From positions 1-60,317 of IMG/VR virus record IMGVR_UViG_3300024518_004211: 60,317 bases of DNA, one strand, 5' to 3'. The notes under the pieces are model-generated. The model was not told where the DNA came from. It ran no database searches and saw only the letters and a program-made list of their open reading frames with translations. Shown one piece after another: positions 47,573 through 57,324 of this stretch (position 1 is its first letter; every line of letters starts with the position of its first letter). Source of the stretch: a virus. Lineage: Duplodnaviria > Caudoviricetes. The translations under genes were made by a program, and so were the position numbers.

Positions 47573-48357
47573 CACCACCTCCGTCGGCCGGAGCGTCGGC
47601 CCCTGTACTCGGGTGGAACGTTGAAGTTCAGCACCGTCCCACGGTGGCTGCGCTTCTCTGGGTCGTCGACGAGTCCGTCGTGGTCGTGGTCGGCCGTGAC
47701 GTTGACGCGCGCCCACGCCCGCTCGTAGGCCCTCAGGTGGTTGTCCGACAGTTCGAGGAAGTTCCCGCGCCCTGCCTGAGCCTTGGACATCCACCGGAAG
47801 ATGAGGCCCAACGACAGCTCGATGTGGGCCTCGCGGAACGCATACGCGCTCTTGACGAGGTAGGTGATCCCGCCCTCGGCAAGCCACCGCAGGTGAATGC
47901 GCTTCCACGCCTCGTCGATGAAGCCCTGCCACGTCGTGATCGTCGACCCGCGGATCGCTGACAGGTCCGGGTAGGACGCCTGCAGATCGACGTCGGAGAT
48001 CGACGGGTAGATCGGGCGTCTGGCGAGCGCTGCCTCACGGTCGAAGACGCGCGTTGCTGTCGCGAGAACGAGCGTCCAGACTTCCTGCCACCCTTCGCCC
48101 AGCGTGACGCCCGCGTCGTCCGGGTCGAGCGACGCCGCTGGGATCGCGTAGGTGGCAATACTCGCCGTGACCGTCACCGCAGCACCGTCCACAACCGCCG
48201 TACCGTCGGGGGACAGGAGCGAGATCGTGCCGGACGATGGGGCCACGAGCGCCCCGTCCCTGTAGATCTCCATCGCAACCGTGTTGATGCGGTTGATCCC
48301 GAGCACGTCCGGGTAGGGGGTGCGCGCGGTGTAGAGGGTCTCGCCGGATGCGCTCAT
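47572..48357 (-). CDS. Putative head-tail adaptor
   Basis: 261 aa; C-terminal DVDLQASYPDL...FIDEAWKRI helical connector-like region; position. Confidence 0.55.
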   Translation of the reverse strand: MSASGETLYTARTPYPDVLGINRINTVAMEIYRDGALVAPSSGTISLLSPDGTAVVDGAAVTVTASIATYAIPAASLDPDDAGVTLGEGWQEVWTLVLATATRVFDREAALARRPIYPSISDVDLQASYPDLSAIRGSTITTWQGFIDEAWKRIHLRWLAEGGITYLVKSAYAFREAHIELSLGLIFRWMSKAQAGRGNFLELSDNHLRAYERAWARVNVTADHDHDGLVDDPEKRSHRGTVLNFNVPPEYRGRRSGRRRW

Positions 48358-49097
48358 GCGGCCATCCGTCGGTTGACGATCGTGACGGGCTCGTACGCCT
48401 TCTCGAATGGACCGCGTCCCATCATGGTAGCGAGTCCGCCGTCAGCCTGCTCGACCCAGTCAAGCATCTCCTCGTCATACCACTGGGTCACGTTCGCCGG
48501 CATCCAGTCGAGGGCCGGCGTGACGTTGTGGCGCGGGAACCTCTCGGGGGCGAAGTCGTCGCCGATGATCTCCGCAGCGGCCTCGTGCAGGTTCGCGGTG
48601 TCCAGGAGCGCGTGAACGCCCCACCGCTGAGGCGCTGTGGCTGGCTCCCGCCATCGTCCCGCCTCGCCATAGGTGTAGACGTGCAAGAACGTGCTGAGGC
48701 CCGCCCCTGAGGCCAGAAGCGCTGCCCTTGCGTCGTTGTGCAGTTCGACGATCAGCCCTGGTCGTCCTGGCATGCGCTCATGCCGTGGGCGGGTCCAGCC
48801 GTCGAGCACGTCGCGGAACGCCAGCGACCCGCCGCCGTAGACCCTGAGGCGCTCCATCCACATGGGGTGGTTCGTCATGGCCTTGCGGTAGATCGTGGCG
48901 TAGTGCTCATGTGCGCCGCGGGCGGTTCCGATGATGACGCGGTCGGCCCTCACATCGTCTGGCGCCTCCCAGATCGGAGCGTGATGCGAGCACCCGCGAA
49001 CACCGACGCCATCACGCATCACGGCCAGCACACCGGACAGCCAGGAGCCGCCGGTGTGTGGGAGGTGCGTTTGGAGGATGGTGTCGGTGATCAGCAA
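48354..49097 (-). CDS. Sulfotransferase-fold protein
   Basis: THLPHTGGSWL resembles the 5'-PSB loop (HIPKTGGTS); IGTARGAHEHYATIY resembles the 3'-PB (R.P..R..S.Y); WYDEEMLDWVEQADG tail. Confidence 0.6.
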   Translation of the reverse strand: MLITDTILQTHLPHTGGSWLSGVLAVMRDGVGVRGCSHHAPIWEAPDDVRADRVIIGTARGAHEHYATIYRKAMTNHPMWMERLRVYGGGSLAFRDVLDGWTRPRHERMPGRPGLIVELHNDARAALLASGAGLSTFLHVYTYGEAGRWREPATAPQRWGVHALLDTANLHEAAAEIIGDDFAPERFPRHNVTPALDWMPANVTQWYDEEMLDWVEQADGGLATMMGRGPFEKAYEPVTIVNRRMAA

Positions 49098-49109
49098 GTG
49101 CGGCGCCCA

Positions 49110-52100
49110 TCAGGTAAGGGTGACTTCCAGCTCGAACAGGACGTTGTCAGGCTCTGCGCCGCCGCCATCGTCCTGGGTGCAGATTACGCCCAGTCGATCG
49201 CCAGCGGAAACCGCCAGCGACAGGCCCGTGAACCGTTCGTTTCTGAGAGCCTGTGCGAACGTGAGTTCGGTGGTGCTCAGGCCCGTCGTGAAGTTGACGA
49301 GGATGAACAGCACATCGCGCGTGGTGTGCAGCGCCGCGGCCCCGTCGGCCAGCCGGAGACCGGTCACCGTACCGTTTGCCGGGCAGTAGAACCCGTGCGT
49401 CGGGGTGATGAGGCTGTGCTCCTCTGCGTTGGTGACGCCGAGGTTCGCGCCGATATTCGCCACTGTCGTCACCCGGCAGCGGAGCCAGTAGCCGAGCTGT
49501 CCGTCGACCGTGTCCGTCGCCCAGTCCGCAGGCGGGACGTGCGTGATCGCGCCGTCAGCCTCGAATGACCGGGACCCGTCCACCGCCGCGCCCGTGCCCG
49601 TGCCATCGACGCGAATGGTTGCGGCCGCCCACGCTGCGGCGCCCTGGGAGTATTCCCAGGTGAACACCGCTCCGCCGGACGCCTGGACGACGCCGCCCAT
49701 GTCAAGGCCGAGTTCTGGGAACGGAACGGCGCCACCGAAATAGACGGCATCTTCGTCGGTCGGGACATCCGGGAAAATCTGCCAGTTCGACGTGTACGGC
49801 GCGATCCCTCCGGACACCGCGAGATTCGCGAACGTCGAGGTCCCGTTGTCGTAGACCTTTGCGAGCGCTGCAGCCTGGTTGGTCAGCGTTGGCGTCGCTC
49901 CCACCATGCCGCCGCCGTTGGTCTCGACTCCGTCGCCGTCGTCGTACCACAGGCCCATTACGCCCATCGTCCATGTCGTACTCAGCGTCGGATAGTGCGC
50001 GGCCAACATGTTGAACGCGATGACGATCCACTGGGTGCCGTCGTAGCGCATCACGGCATAGTCCGTGTCCGCGGTCAGCACGATGTTCCGAGCGTGCGGG
50101 CAGGCGATGCCGTCGGCGCCGATGCTGTGGGCGATTGTCAGGACGTCGGCCGTCACTGCTCCGTAGATCGTGAGCACCTGGCCGAGGATGCCGGCCGTGA
50201 TGGTGTCGATCTGGTCGGCTGCTGGAGTGCCCTGTGCGGTCACGGCGTGGAGCGCTGCCGTCACTGCGAACGTGCCGCCAACGATGGCGACCCCGATGGC
50301 CTCCTCTGTGAGCGCGTTCGAAGCCAGGACCGTCCACTGCGTTCCGTCGTAGCGGAGTTTCGCGTAGTCCGTCGTGTCCGCGAGTACGATGCTCTGGCCG
50401 AGCGGCGTCTGGATCAGGTCGGCGCCGATGCCGTGGGCGATGACGACCGATCGCGCAGCGTTGTTCGGGTAGATCGTCAGTTCTGCCCCGAGTTGCCCGC
50501 CCGTGATGGTCGTCAGGTCATCCGTCGCGGCGTCCGCTTCGGTGTCGATGCTGTGGATCTTGGCGACGGCCGCGACGACACCAACGGCGATCGTCAGTTC
50601 GGTCGAGACATCGGCCAGCACGTTCGCGGCGATGACAACCCACTGCGTGCCATCGTAGCGGAGGACGGCATAGTCGGTGTCGGCGGACAGGGTGATCTGC
50701 TGGCCGTAGGGGCACTGGATGCCGTCAGCACCGATGGAGTGCGCGAGCGTCAGGGCCTCTGCCGTGACTGCGCCGTAGATGGTGAGGACCGCCCCAGCCT
50801 GGGCGCCCGTGATCGTGTCGATCTGGTCGTCGGCGGGGGTGCCTTCTGCGGTGACCGCGTGGACCCGAGCGGTAGCGGCGAGCACGCCCACAGCGATGAC
50901 CGCCGGGACCGCCGTGTCACTGAGGACGTTCGAGCCGATCACAATCCACTGCGTGCCGTCGTTGCGGATCTTGATGTAGTCGGTGGTCTCTGCGAGGACG
51001 ATCGACTGCCCGTGTGGGCACTGGATGAGGTTTGCGCCGACCCCGTGACGAACTACGACCGTGCGGGCCGCGTTGTTCGGGTAGAGGGTCAGCTCGGCGC
51101 CGAGCAGTCCGCCGGTGATTGTGGTCAGATCGTCGGTCGCTGCATCGGCCTCGGTGTCGACGTTGTGGATGATCCTGGTTGCGGCGATCACGCCGACCGC
51201 GATCGTCAGTTCCGAGACCTCATCGGTGAGCGTGTTGCTCGAGATGAGGATCCACTGGGTTCCGTCGTAGCGGAGCACAGCGTAGTCGGTGGTGTCCGAC
51301 AGGACGACGTTCTGGCCCTTTGGGCACTGGATACCGTCGGCCCCGATGGTGTGGGTGAGGACGACCGATCGCGCGGCGTTCTCTGCGTACAGGACCACTT
51401 CCTGCCCAACCTGCCCGCCGGTGATCGTGGCTACGTCGTCGGTGGCGGCATCAGCCTCGGTGTCGACGGAGTGCACGCGACGGTTGACCGCCAGCACACC
51501 GGCGGCGATGGTGGCCTCGACCGGGGTATCGGTCAGGGTCGAGTAGGCGAGGACCGTGCTCTGCGTGCCGTTGTTGAACAGCAGGGCCCAGTCGGTCGCG
51601 TCGGCCATTGGGATGCTCTGGCCGAGCGGGGTGGCGATCAAGTTCGCGCCGATGCCGTGACGGATCACGACTGTCCGCGCGCCGTTCTCCGGCGTGATGA
51701 ACAGCAACTTTCCAGAAGCGAGGCCCGTGATCGTGGTGAGATCATCGCTGGCGACGTCGCCCTCGGTATCGATCGAGTGGTGGCTTCCGGTCGCGACGAC
51801 AGCGCCGGTAGCGATCGTGAGTTCGCCAGCGTCCGAGATCGTCAGGTCGGTGATGACCACTTCGCCGGCGGGACTCAGGACGACGAACCACGAGGACCCG
51901 TCACAGGCGACGATCGCCGACTCATCCCGGTTGATCGTGACGATCGTAGCGCCTGCATCGTCCTTGACGACGAGGTTCTCGCCGTCCACATCCGCGCTGT
52001 TGTAGATGCATATGAACAGACCCTCTGCCAGATCCTCCGCGAGCATCGTCAGATCGCGCGAGGTGCCGCCCGGATCGTAGGCGACGAAGTTCGGCGACTT

Positions 52101-52202
52101 CTTCGTGAGCGTGAGGTCGCCGGTGAGTGTCGTCGCTTCCGTCCCGCCCTTCAGCCGAAGCTGAGCGGTGAGGTTCTTGAGCGCTTCTTGCAGATAGGCC
52201 AT
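49110..52202 (-). CDS. Large virion protein with six tandem 102-aa repeats (head fibre / decoration-like)
   Basis: 1030 aa; repeat ELTIAxG..HSIDTE.DAATDDLTTITG...RYDGTQW with 306-nt period. Confidence 0.75.
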   Translation of the reverse strand: MAYLQEALKNLTAQLRLKGGTEATTLTGDLTLTKKSPNFVAYDPGGTSRDLTMLAEDLAEGLFICIYNSADVDGENLVVKDDAGATIVTINRDESAIVACDGSSWFVVLSPAGEVVITDLTISDAGELTIATGAVVATGSHHSIDTEGDVASDDLTTITGLASGKLLFITPENGARTVVIRHGIGANLIATPLGQSIPMADATDWALLFNNGTQSTVLAYSTLTDTPVEATIAAGVLAVNRRVHSVDTEADAATDDVATITGGQVGQEVVLYAENAARSVVLTHTIGADGIQCPKGQNVVLSDTTDYAVLRYDGTQWILISSNTLTDEVSELTIAVGVIAATRIIHNVDTEADAATDDLTTITGGLLGAELTLYPNNAARTVVVRHGVGANLIQCPHGQSIVLAETTDYIKIRNDGTQWIVIGSNVLSDTAVPAVIAVGVLAATARVHAVTAEGTPADDQIDTITGAQAGAVLTIYGAVTAEALTLAHSIGADGIQCPYGQQITLSADTDYAVLRYDGTQWVVIAANVLADVSTELTIAVGVVAAVAKIHSIDTEADAATDDLTTITGGQLGAELTIYPNNAARSVVIAHGIGADLIQTPLGQSIVLADTTDYAKLRYDGTQWTVLASNALTEEAIGVAIVGGTFAVTAALHAVTAQGTPAADQIDTITAGILGQVLTIYGAVTADVLTIAHSIGADGIACPHARNIVLTADTDYAVMRYDGTQWIVIAFNMLAAHYPTLSTTWTMGVMGLWYDDGDGVETNGGGMVGATPTLTNQAAALAKVYDNGTSTFANLAVSGGIAPYTSNWQIFPDVPTDEDAVYFGGAVPFPELGLDMGGVVQASGGAVFTWEYSQGAAAWAAATIRVDGTGTGAAVDGSRSFEADGAITHVPPADWATDTVDGQLGYWLRCRVTTVANIGANLGVTNAEEHSLITPTHGFYCPANGTVTGLRLADGAAALHTTRDVLFILVNFTTGLSTTELTFAQALRNERFTGLSLAVSAGDRLGVICTQDDGGGAEPDNVLFELEVTLT

Positions 52203-52236
52203 GGGTCACTCCGAGGCTGGGTCAGCCGGGTCGGTA

Positions 52237-52608
52237 TCAGGCGAGGGGCGCGGTGAAGAGGATGACCAGCGACCACGCGGTCCCGTTGCAGTGCACGAGC
52301 GCGGCTTCGTCCTGGTTGGCGGTCGCGATCGTGGCTCCGGCGTCGTCCTTGATGACGAGGTTCTCCGCAGCGTTGGCCTTGTTGACGATGAGGCGCAGCA
52401 TTCCGTCAGCGGTCGCCTCGGCGTCGAGGGTCACGTCGCGGTGGGTGCCGCCGGGGTCGAGACCGAGCATCGACGGGTAGGTATCGTCGACGGTCAGGTC
52501 GCCAGTGAGGGTCGCGGCGTAGTAGGCGCTCTTGACCGCTGCGAGGGCGAACAGGTCATTCATGATGCCGTGGGCGCCAGTGGTTTCGCGAGAGAGGGGA
52601 CCGGCCAT
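52237..52608 (-). CDS. Small virion protein, paralog of the N-terminal domain of the 1030-aa protein
   Basis: Shared TLTGDLT, DPGGTxRD, ENLVxKDDAGATIxTxNxDExAxVxCxGxxW. Confidence 0.75.
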   Translation of the reverse strand: MAGPLSRETTGAHGIMNDLFALAAVKSAYYAATLTGDLTVDDTYPSMLGLDPGGTHRDVTLDAEATADGMLRLIVNKANAAENLVIKDDAGATIATANQDEAALVHCNGTAWSLVILFTAPLA

Positions 52609-52619
52609 GATGGCTCCTG

Positions 52620-52793
52620 CTATCTGTTGTTGTTGTCTCGTTTCTGGTCGCCGCTGGTCACGGCCCTTCGCACGCGAGCCTCGGCATCAGTCTGGGTCAT
52701 CTGGTGGCCGTTCTTGGCTGCGGCTTCACGGAAGGTCTTCGCGGTCTTGCCGATGGCGTCGCGGCGGCGTTCTTCGTTGACGGTGTCGCTCAT
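52620..52793 (-). CDS. Small hypothetical protein (57 aa; absent from the ORF track)
   Basis: MSDTVNEERRRDAIGKTAKTF...NNNR*, ATGA overlap with the upstream gene. Confidence 0.55.
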   Translation of the reverse strand: MSDTVNEERRRDAIGKTAKTFREAAAKNGHQMTQTDAEARVRRAVTSGDQKRDNNNR

Positions 52794-53737
52794 GTGGTCG
52801 CCTCGGCGGCCTTCGCTGCGACCTTGGCTGCCCTCGCTGCTTTGTTTCGCGCCCGGGTTGCGTCGGCCTTTTCACGGGACGCCTTCTTCTGCGCTTCGGT
52901 GCGGCCCTTGGGCTTCGCTACCACTGCGGGGGGATCGGCGGGCGGGTCGTCGACCTTGTCGGCGGGAGGGTTCTTCACCGGGGGCGGGTCGGGTCGCGGC
53001 GGTTCGTCTGTGGCGAGCGCCGGGACCTTCGCGTTCTTCGCGGACTTCAGCGTGGCCGATGTCGCGTTGACCTTGTCGACCCGGATGTGCGGGTCAGGGT
53101 GGACGGTCGCGCGCTGAACGCGCTGGGCCACACGCGCCAGGTTCTCGTCGATGATGTGGGCGAGGGGCGGCTTGATGATGCCGGTCTGGACGAGCCACAG
53201 CCGCCAACGGTTGAAGTTCGCGCGGTCGTAGGCGAAGCGCGTGGCCTTGCCCCTGACTGCCGGCTGGGGGATGTCCCACAACTCGACCCAGCGGAAGCCT
53301 GTGCGGCCACGGCGGGGGTCGGTGCAGGGGTAGCGCACCGCGTAGCCTGGAGCGGCTGACAGGTGCTGGCGGTACTCGGCCGGGATCGTCGGGTGGAACT
53401 CGGGAGGGACGGGGATCTTCGCGTCGAGGTACACGATGCCCTTGACCTCGCGGGCGTGCTTCGCGTCCTCGTAGGCCCGCGCATGGCTGCCCTGGTCGGC
53501 CTCTGCCTTCGTCAGCGAGCGGATTCCGGCCGAACCTGGGCGGATGATGTGGGGCGCGAAGACGGGCAGCCAGGTCTTCTCGTCGAGGCCGTGGGAGCCG
53601 ATCGACCAGTCGCCCGGGTCGTGGCAGAGGAAGAACGCATTCCGCGGGCGTGCGCGGATGCCTTCGCTCGATCCGTAGGGATCGCTGCCGTAGGGATCGC
53701 CCGCTTGGACGGCTGCTGGCTGGCTGGGGATTGGCAT
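52790..53737 (-). CDS. Hypothetical protein after the capsid gene, Pro/Lys/Ala-rich tail
   Basis: GAGGAG RBS before MPIPSQP. Confidence 0.65.
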   Translation of the reverse strand: MPIPSQPAAVQAGDPYGSDPYGSSEGIRARPRNAFFLCHDPGDWSIGSHGLDEKTWLPVFAPHIIRPGSAGIRSLTKAEADQGSHARAYEDAKHAREVKGIVYLDAKIPVPPEFHPTIPAEYRQHLSAAPGYAVRYPCTDPRRGRTGFRWVELWDIPQPAVRGKATRFAYDRANFNRWRLWLVQTGIIKPPLAHIIDENLARVAQRVQRATVHPDPHIRVDKVNATSATLKSAKNAKVPALATDEPPRPDPPPVKNPPADKVDDPPADPPAVVAKPKGRTEAQKKASREKADATRARNKAARAAKVAAKAAEATT

Positions 53738-53819
53738 GTGTGCTCCTCGTGTGGATGGACCCGACCCCGGGGAAGCCCCGAGGAGCACCAAGCGGCACCC
53801 CGGGGCAGGCCCACAGAGA

Positions 53820-54806
53820 TCAGGTGGTGCTGAGAATCCGTCGCTGGAAGAAAACGCTCGAGTCGCCGAGGCCGACACCGAAGAACGAGCGGGCGAGGGC
53901 CTTGCGGATGCCCTGCTCGGCGTCCGTGCCCACCTGCTCGACGATGAGGCCGAACTGGTCCACGTACACGCTCGGGTTCGTCGACTGGATGGGGGACACG
54001 CGAGAGACCGCGTAGCCGATGCCGCCCTGCTGGATGCCGAAGCCGACGTATCCGCCGCCACTGGTCGTGACGTCCGATGTCATGTTGGCTGCGAAGCCGA
54101 GACCCAGGACGTTATCGACGCGCCGGCTGGCGTTGACGCCGAGCACGCTGGCGAAGTCGCTGACGGCGTTCTGGAACGCGGGCTCACTGCGGGCGCTGTC
54201 GCCGAGCTGGCTCCACTGCACGGGGTGCCACGTGACGATCGGCGGGGTCTCCACACCGTCTTCCTCGTTGTACGCATTCACGAAGTCGATCATGTCGTCG
54301 ACGGACAGGTTCGTGCCGGCCGCGCCGATGGCGGTACCGATGGTGGCGCCGGTGGTGACGACGGACAGCCGGAAGGTCGCCAGCCACGTGTCGGGCATCA
54401 TGGCGGTCACGGCTTCGACCGAGAGGGCCGATGCGACGTCGGGTCGGGCGAGGATGCGCTCTCCGTAGGTCTCGGAGTGCTGCGCGCCGTACCAACCACC
54501 GGTGACCGTGCTGTACCCGACGACCGGGACGAGTTCGGGCGGGGTGTCGGTCTCGGAGGCGAGAGCCGTCAGGTCAGCGGCCCAGCCGAGGCCGTCGACG
54601 TGGGTGATACGGATCGTGTCCGAGCCGGAGCCAGCGAGGTCGCCGACGAGGCGGACAACGCCGGTGCCCATCATGTTCATCTTGTCGACAAGCACTTGGC
54701 GCATTTCTTCGGCGGCGAAGATGTAGGAGAATCCGACGGGTCCCTGCGTCTGAGCGAAGGATACCGGAAGGGTCAGAGTGGTGTCAGGCATAGTAGCGGC
54801 CCTCAT
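53820..54806 (-). CDS. Major capsid protein
   Basis: ~325 aa after the scaffold; GSGSDTIRI..., LASETD, VTWHPVQWSQL patterns typical of HK97-fold capsids; start at 54806 or 54791. Confidence 0.8.
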   Translation of the reverse strand: MRAATMPDTTLTLPVSFAQTQGPVGFSYIFAAEEMRQVLVDKMNMMGTGVVRLVGDLAGSGSDTIRITHVDGLGWAADLTALASETDTPPELVPVVGYSTVTGGWYGAQHSETYGERILARPDVASALSVEAVTAMMPDTWLATFRLSVVTTGATIGTAIGAAGTNLSVDDMIDFVNAYNEEDGVETPPIVTWHPVQWSQLGDSARSEPAFQNAVSDFASVLGVNASRRVDNVLGLGFAANMTSDVTTSGGGYVGFGIQQGGIGYAVSRVSPIQSTNPSVYVDQFGLIVEQVGTDAEQGIRKALARSFFGVGLGDSSVFFQRRILSTT

Positions 54807-54980
54807 TCTTGATGGGTTCGCCGCTACTGCCCGTTACGTGGGAGACCGTGCGGAAGTTCGGGATGTCAAGCTCGGGAGGGCCGGGTGTCTACCGCCGGAT
54901 TTTGGCCGGGGACCTGTGACAGGCGTGTCCGAGATGTATGCAGGTTAGCGAATGACGCCGACAGCGTCAAGGGTTGGGCG

Positions 54981-55697
54981 TTAGCCCGGCATGAGTGTGG
55001 ACTTGAGTTCCTTGACCTTTGCTGCCTGATCTTCTGGCGACATCGCGAGGTAGGTGGGCGACGTGAAAACCGCCTGCAGTTGGTCCGGTGTCATCTTGCC
55101 CTGTTGGCCTGGCGCTTTCGGATCGGCAGCCTTGTTCGGATCGGGGATCACCACCTTGGGCGCCACTTGTGTGGGCTTCGCGGGATCGGCCGTGGCCGCG
55201 CCCTTGACCCAGTGTCCGACGTTCGGATGGGCAGCGGCGCCCTCCTTGTCGGTGAGCCACGTGCGGAAGTGGGCGACGAGATCCTCCGGCCGCTTGTCCT
55301 CGTCCATCGCGTCGATCGTCTTCTGGTGGGCGAAGCGGAGCATGTCGGCCTTTCCGGTGTCGACCTCGTTCCTGCTGTTGACGATGCCGGCGGTGCGAAG
55401 CGATTCGTTGTCGTCGCGCAAGGCGATCTCGCCCTTGAGGCGGGCCAGTTCGGTGGCGGTGGCCTCGGCGTCCTTCGACGTGCCTTGCGCCTCGAGCAAT
55501 CCCGTCTTCGCCGTGTCGAGTTCGGTCTTGACGGTGGCGAGTTTGTCGTCCTTCGCCTTGAGCCGCTTCAGGTGATCGTCCTTGGGCACGTACTCCGCGC
55601 GGACGGTCTCCTTCGGCACATAGTGGGCCTCAACCCACGCCACAGTCAGTGCATCTTCGTGCGTGGTCCCGTCGATGACGGGATGCTGGTTTGCCAT
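54981..55697 (-). CDS. Capsid scaffolding protein
   Basis: YVPKDDH followed by a charged coiled coil and Pro-rich C-terminus; between portal and capsid. Confidence 0.7.
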   Translation of the reverse strand: MANQHPVIDGTTHEDALTVAWVEAHYVPKETVRAEYVPKDDHLKRLKAKDDKLATVKTELDTAKTGLLEAQGTSKDAEATATELARLKGEIALRDDNESLRTAGIVNSRNEVDTGKADMLRFAHQKTIDAMDEDKRPEDLVAHFRTWLTDKEGAAAHPNVGHWVKGAATADPAKPTQVAPKVVIPDPNKAADPKAPGQQGKMTPDQLQAVFTSPTYLAMSPEDQAAKVKELKSTLMPG

Positions 55698-55714
55698 GGG
55701 TGCTCCTCGGTGTG

Positions 55715-57283
55715 TCAGTCGGTATCGTCGTCGGCGGACTCATCGACCACCGGCTCTGGTTCAGGTTCAGGGTCTGGCGCGAGCCCGGCCGCTTCGACCG
55801 CCCGCTTTGTCATCTCATCGATCTTGATGGTCTCGACGCGGGCCTTGACGATCGCCGCCACTGCGTCGTCGTGCGACGTGCCCGGGTGCGTCTGCCGGTA
55901 CAGGTCGATCGGCGAGAGCAGCCCCTGATCTGACTCCCACGTCAACTGCTCGCGTTCTTCCTTCTGCTCTTGCGGGCTGTCGGGGATCGGGATGTACTCG
56001 ACGGTATAGCCGGTGGTCGGCATTGGAACGCCGCGCGCTTGGTACATGACGGCGACGACGCGAAGTGTCTGAGCGTCCGACCGCCTGAACAGCGGCTCTA
56101 CCTGCCGGCTGTAGTCGCGCCGCCCCCTGTCGCTGACCATGAGCGATGAAGCTGACGCGGGATTGGCCGACTGCCTCGACACGTCCGAGGGCGAGAGGCC
56201 GAACCGGGTCATGATGCGGGCGGAGTAGTTGCGGGCGTACTCGGCCAGTTCCTGGAGCTTCGCGCCTGGGCCCACCTCCTTGACCCCCGGCTGCGACTGC
56301 CCGTCGGTCTCGTGGTAGAGGACGCCGCCGGCCTTGAGGACGACCGTTTTTACCTGGTCCTTCTGGCCCGCGTTCTGGACGTTGCCTCCAATGGGGACCA
56401 GCCCCCACGCGATAACAGCCGTACCTGACGCGTCTCGGGCTGCCTGGTTCGCGTAGGTGCCCAGCAGTCCAGAGTTCAAAGTACCCCTGTAGGCCCCGTG
56501 GCGTGCCCGGAAGTTCCACGTCCTCGCCGCGTCGACGCTCCGGTAGACCGAGTACGGGATGATATTCTCATCCGCGTCGTCGTCGTGCCAGGGGTACGCG
56601 TCGCCAGTCCAGTCGCCGGACGGGTTCTCTTCCGTCGACAGGAAGACGTTCGACACGTCTGCGCCGGCCTTGATGCGACCGCCGGACGCGTCACCGGCCA
56701 GCACCACCTTGTAGGCTTCGTGGCCCTTCCGAATGTCGTACCAGTCCCACGCATACACCCACTCCTCGATGGCCTCCCACCACCTGAGGCGAAGCTCGCG
56801 GAGTTGGACCGCGCGCTCTGGGTAGTCCTGGTGTGCGAGCACGAACGTGTTGTGAGGGCTGACGAGGCGTGCGCTGAGGTTCAACTTCTCGTCAAGGTGC
56901 GGGCGAACGAGGTAGTCACCGAGACCCAGTGCCATGTACTGGACGTGCTGCAACTTCGACGTGATGCCGGCCTGATCCCACTGCCCACCCTGACCGATCA
57001 CCATCTCCGTAATCGGGTCCTCGTGGCGGTAGACGGGTCGGCGCCCGTACAGGCCCGGGGTCGCGAGCTGGCGGCTGAGATCGCCCAGGTCGTTGATCGA
57101 TGTGTCGACGTGGCCCCATGTGGCAAAGCGCTCTTCGCCGATCTCGTACTCGGTCCACTTTTCGAGGATCTCGTCCCAGTCGTCATCGAGGACCGCGTGC
57201 ATGTCCGCGGTCAACTGCGAACGCGCCTCGTCTGCCTCTGTGGGCATGGGTGGGCGCATGAGCAGCGAGAGATCCTGCGGCAT
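55715..57283 (-). CDS. Portal protein
   Basis: 522 aa directly after the terminase large subunit; SANPASASSL and acidic tail typical of SPP1-like portals. Confidence 0.8.
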   Translation of the reverse strand: MPQDLSLLMRPPMPTEADEARSQLTADMHAVLDDDWDEILEKWTEYEIGEERFATWGHVDTSINDLGDLSRQLATPGLYGRRPVYRHEDPITEMVIGQGGQWDQAGITSKLQHVQYMALGLGDYLVRPHLDEKLNLSARLVSPHNTFVLAHQDYPERAVQLRELRLRWWEAIEEWVYAWDWYDIRKGHEAYKVVLAGDASGGRIKAGADVSNVFLSTEENPSGDWTGDAYPWHDDDADENIIPYSVYRSVDAARTWNFRARHGAYRGTLNSGLLGTYANQAARDASGTAVIAWGLVPIGGNVQNAGQKDQVKTVVLKAGGVLYHETDGQSQPGVKEVGPGAKLQELAEYARNYSARIMTRFGLSPSDVSRQSANPASASSLMVSDRGRRDYSRQVEPLFRRSDAQTLRVVAVMYQARGVPMPTTGYTVEYIPIPDSPQEQKEEREQLTWESDQGLLSPIDLYRQTHPGTSHDDAVAAIVKARVETIKIDEMTKRAVEAAGLAPDPEPEPEPVVDESADDDTD

Positions 57284-57324
57284 GTCTGAATCCTATGCGT
57301 TGTTGTTGCAGATCGCAACAGTCA

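Noticed and set aside
49990-51825. Possible diversity-generating retroelement template/variable repeats
   Set aside because: These are in-frame protein domain repeats with general divergence, and no reverse transcriptase was recognised.
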